A stretch of DNA of 60,816 bases, counting the filler, from Sphacelaria rigidula (lineage: Eukaryota): NCBI GenBank assembly GCA_964200075.2. It is 6 parts of 6 records of this genome, joined end to end, with 100 filler letters (N's around TTAATTAATTAA, not from the genome) between each part and the next. Parts side by side here need not be neighbours in the genome. Positions count along the whole stretch, not along the records: positions 50,767 to 60,816 come from CAXNAA020007246.1; 5 more parts are not named here. One strand, written 5' to 3'. The notes beneath the pieces were generated by a model. The model had not been told where the DNA came from. It was given only the letters and a program-made list of their open reading frames with translations, and did no database searches. The translations under genes and the position numbers were made by a program. Below are positions 57,471-60,816 of the stretch, one piece after another (the stretch's first letter is position 1; every line of letters begins with the position of its first letter).

Positions 57471-60156
57471 TTGCTATGGTGGAATCATGGTTGAATCGGC
57501 ATCACTTTCACTTGAATAATTACATGACCCACATGGCGCATCCTGGCGATCAAAGGGGCTCATACTTGAGGTTTTCCCGTGGAAAAAAACACCACACGAA
57601 ACGGAATAACGGCACACCAAGAGATGTCGAATGAACTCAAGCGTGGCGCGAACGACACCGACAGCGCTTATTCCAATTTTTCCCCTCCATCCACTACACG
57701 CGCTCTCTTCAGTCGAAGGATAACGAACACTTCCAGGTAGGCCTGCCATTGTCGGCACGGCTGTTTTCCAGACGGACTGGTGCGGCGCCCTATTATAGAC
57801 AAACGTAGCAAGTTTTTTTTCATTGTTGTACGAGTTGGTCGGCTCAACCCTTTGACCGCGAGGGTATACGTTACCTGCTGAATCGGCATCAATTTAATTA
57901 AAAAAGGTATGTGTAATCCAGATGGACTACCCGCATCGCAGTGGAAGGGTTAATCTCCACCGCTGGGCCAGCCGCAGGCGTGACTGTCGTTGTGCCCCTA
58001 GCTCATGAGCACTGCGTGACAGTATGCATGACACACTACTGTACTTTGATCTCCTTGACTTTGCCCGTGGAGAAAAGCCGATTGTTCCGGTGCGCGCGGG
58101 CGGCGACGCCTACCGTACAAGCCTCCTATCCATCATCTCGGGAGACTAGTTCCTCGACCGTGTTGGGTGTTCTGGACAGCGTAGTACTGCACAACACCGT
58201 ATAGTCAGCTGCACACGACCGGACACCTCGGTGTTAACATGATTAACCGTGCATTTAGATGCACAGCGCGGGCCGCGTAACAAAAAGTTGACCAAGAAGA
58301 ATAATCTTGATTTCAAGGCTGGAATTTTTCACATTTGCAGAAATTTCCCGGAGAAACCGCGCTTTGGTGTTGCCCGCGAGCGAGAAATTCACGGGGAAAA
58401 AACGGGTGCAATTTGTGTCTAGGTGGTGGACTAGCACTATAATAAGAGGACGGCCGGGAGCACAGCGTCGCACCCTCGACAAGATGGAGGTGGAGAGTGT
58501 TAATGCCAACTGTTCGCAAAGTTGATCGGCCCGGTCCTCGAGTCTTGGTTTGTGGTACGTAGAACGGATGATAATGTACATGCAGTATCGAGGGGTGGTA
58601 ATATCAGTAGTCAGTACAGCTAGTGCGCTATGGTGCGGTAAGTCGCAAATGACTCAGCGCCTCATGGCATCTGCGGAAACTGGAGCCGAGCACTCCTGTA
58701 CCGTACTGCCTGTACTGACGGCAGGTGCGCGAAAGATTCGAACAAGAGACAAGCGGTAGAAGCCAGACTCAGTGACACCTAGCAAGAAATACACCAGAAA
58801 CATGTTCAGAAGCCATAACCTCCATCACATTGAATCAACGCCCGTGTTGTTGTAAACAGTAACACGGGGAGAAAACCACTTGCGGGTCTGTAGAGTATGA
58901 AGGTGGTACGATTCATGATGCACCATCTGCATGGAAAACTGAGATTGGGAGAACGAGTGCGGCGCATAACATTGTTCTGATTTGCCTCGAAAATAAAGCC
59001 AGCTCAACCCTGGCACAAAAACAACAGTACCATTCCGCGGCTGCGGTGAATCTTGCCCAAGCACCCACGTGCTAGGAGACTACGGAACAAGATGGGGCCA
59101 GCCTTCTCCACCCACGTCGCAGCAGATGAGCATAGTCAGATTCAGTAATCTAGGAGTACTGGAAAGCGGGTGGTGTCGGCTGTACAACCCTAGTCAAGAA
59201 GCGAGTGCCTACGAGCCCTGTCACCCGAAAAATCTGGTCACTAGATTTTTCCGCAGATGTAGTGACAATCGCCACCACTCCATCGCTATCATCCGTTCAT
59301 CACCACCCAGCACTTCCCGTGGCACATAGTAAATACAGTAGCCACATGAGTTAATAGAAAATTTCCGACAGCAAAAAGCACAGAGAGCAGCACCCACTGT
59401 CAACCCAAGCAGCAACGGGCAAACACTGGCACCTTACCTGCCTCCCACCCCCTCCCTCACTCTCCGGACCAATCCCGGCGTGTGTGTTGTTGTGGTTGTT
59501 CCAAAACTTACACCGGTCCACCGGTTTGATTTAGTGATTATTTCCTCGAGTAGTTGCTGCCGGCGATTGCTTTCAGCGGTGCGTGAGCTTCAGATGCCCA
59601 CCTTCTCCCCGTGGTCTTTCTCTCCAGATGTGCCGTCTATTCTAACACCTACTTCCTATACAGCGTGACCTGAATCAAGAGAACGCGAGGAAGCGGCTTA
59701 ATTGCTTTATGGTATGACATATTTTAGGCTTTCCAGGAGAAGTATGTGTCCCGACACCTCACTTAAATATTGCCATACTACAGCCGGGAGTGGAGTGGAT
59801 TTTAGATTTTACCCGATGTCCTCTGTGGGCAGGAGGTTCAACCAAAGGGTATACAGCAGTATGTGATGAAAAGACGAGGAAATATTTTGCCATATCCTTC
59901 GGGTCGAACGGCAAGCTATGAACCACCCCCTAGAAATGATTTTACAGTTGATAGGCTGTACAGTGTATGTACAGTATACAAAAGAAGGAAAGTGTACACT
60001 TTTACGAAGCTCGTACCATTAATATTTGTTGTATAATTAATACATACCGATTATATTTTTTACTTTCTTTTACAGTACTATACCGGGGTAGTTACCTTTG
60101 ATCACGGAAGGCGTCCGCATCAGATGCCCAGTGCAGGGTGCTGCGCAGATATCGGG

Positions 60157-60157
<1 letters not shown>

Positions 60158-60194
<37 letters not shown>
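60158..60194. repeat. (CAA)n microsatellite
   Basis: Perfect trinucleotide run. Confidence 0.95.
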
Positions 60195-60195
<1 letters not shown>

Positions 60196-60295
60196 CATCA
60201 TGCATACATACCAACTACCATGTCTCATTTGGCTTTTATAGAACAACTTTGCATGTAAAACGACGCTGGTCACTGTAGTATGTTTCGTAGTATTT

Positions 60296-60659
60296 CACGG
60301 TTCGGACGAATAAAATCGTGATTCAACTCATATTCAACATTATTTGGATGAATCAGTCATACGATTCGTACAAGTTAGTTGTGAGTTGTACGTGTCTCCA
60401 CGGTTCGGACGAATCATCGCCGGTTCGAATCACTAAATCTATGATTTTTCAGGCGTAATTGCTCGAAAGAGAGAAAAACGTTGACCGCTGGTCAAGAAGG
60501 TTTCCACGCAACTTTTGCGCCATTTCACGTCCCCGGGCCGCATGTACCTGCTGTATTGCAACGCTGAAATCAAAGATTAAGGATTGTTTCGTCGGGTACG
60601 AATCATTCATCCTAAAATGAAGTACTTCCCAGACGAATCATTGATTCGTCAGACCCTTG
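60296..60659. mobile_element. hAT-like MITE, family B (reverse orientation, duplicated left end)
   Basis: CACGGTTCGGACGAAT at 60296 and 60399; ends GATTCGTCAGACCCTTG; the body is the reverse complement of 15941-16202. Confidence 0.7.
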
Positions 60660-60816
60660 CATGTTTTGGGCTCGTGATTCGTACGAAACTACTTGAAGTG
60701 AGGAAAGGGGCGGGCTACCGTGAGAAGGTTTTCGGACACGGACCCCCCCCCCCTCCGGGACCCGCGCCTAGACACTAGGATCAAGAGATGTATCCTGATG
60801 AACGTGATCGTACCAC

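Noticed and set aside
57900-59460. Possible minus-strand exons, including DYAHLLRRGWRR resembling the ATE1 arginyltransferase motif
   Set aside because: The motif lacks the following SG..YKP, hits a stop within 10 codons, and no consistent exon chain could be built.
60070-60273. Poly-Cys ORF
   Set aside because: Translation of the (CAA)n microsatellite.

Overview
Eukaryotic, repeat-rich genomic DNA. Short GT-AG exons, long introns, TTAGGG hexamers and the gene and repeat content suggest a stramenopile, probably a brown alga (inference). The window is not one locus. Five identical 100-bp N/TTAATTAATTAA/N linkers join six contigs of non-increasing length (10054, 10054, 10053, 10053, 10052, 10050 bp), so nothing can be inferred across linkers. 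Genes: (1) an intact, intronless 500-aa PLP-dependent group II decarboxylase of the histidine/serine decarboxylase clade (2030-3532, minus) with a rewired active site, including a catalytic-loop Tyr-to-Phe change that suggests an aldehyde synthase; (2) five intact 3' exons of a conserved protein of unknown function (14381-19629, plus) whose upstream exons look decayed; (3) a REJ/PKD-like pseudogene (27896-29556, minus); (4) a complete five-exon, 272-aa secreted protein with two tandem Cys-containing Ig-like repeats (33524-37748, plus); (5) the last exon of a MAP2K-like kinase (42695-42940); (6) the first two exons of V-ATPase subunit a (53397-56033, minus). The rest is mostly mobile DNA: a chromodomain Ty3/Gypsy integrase with its 233-bp LTR, a decayed DIRS/Ngaro-like element, gag remnants, LINE/SINE tails and many MITE or foldback elements with readable TSDs. 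Two unusual TGT...ACA TIR elements stand out, one carrying telomeric repeats (4 copies) and one whose TIRs are built from tRNA-like A/B-box units. All family assignments come from motif recognition by eye; no searches were run.
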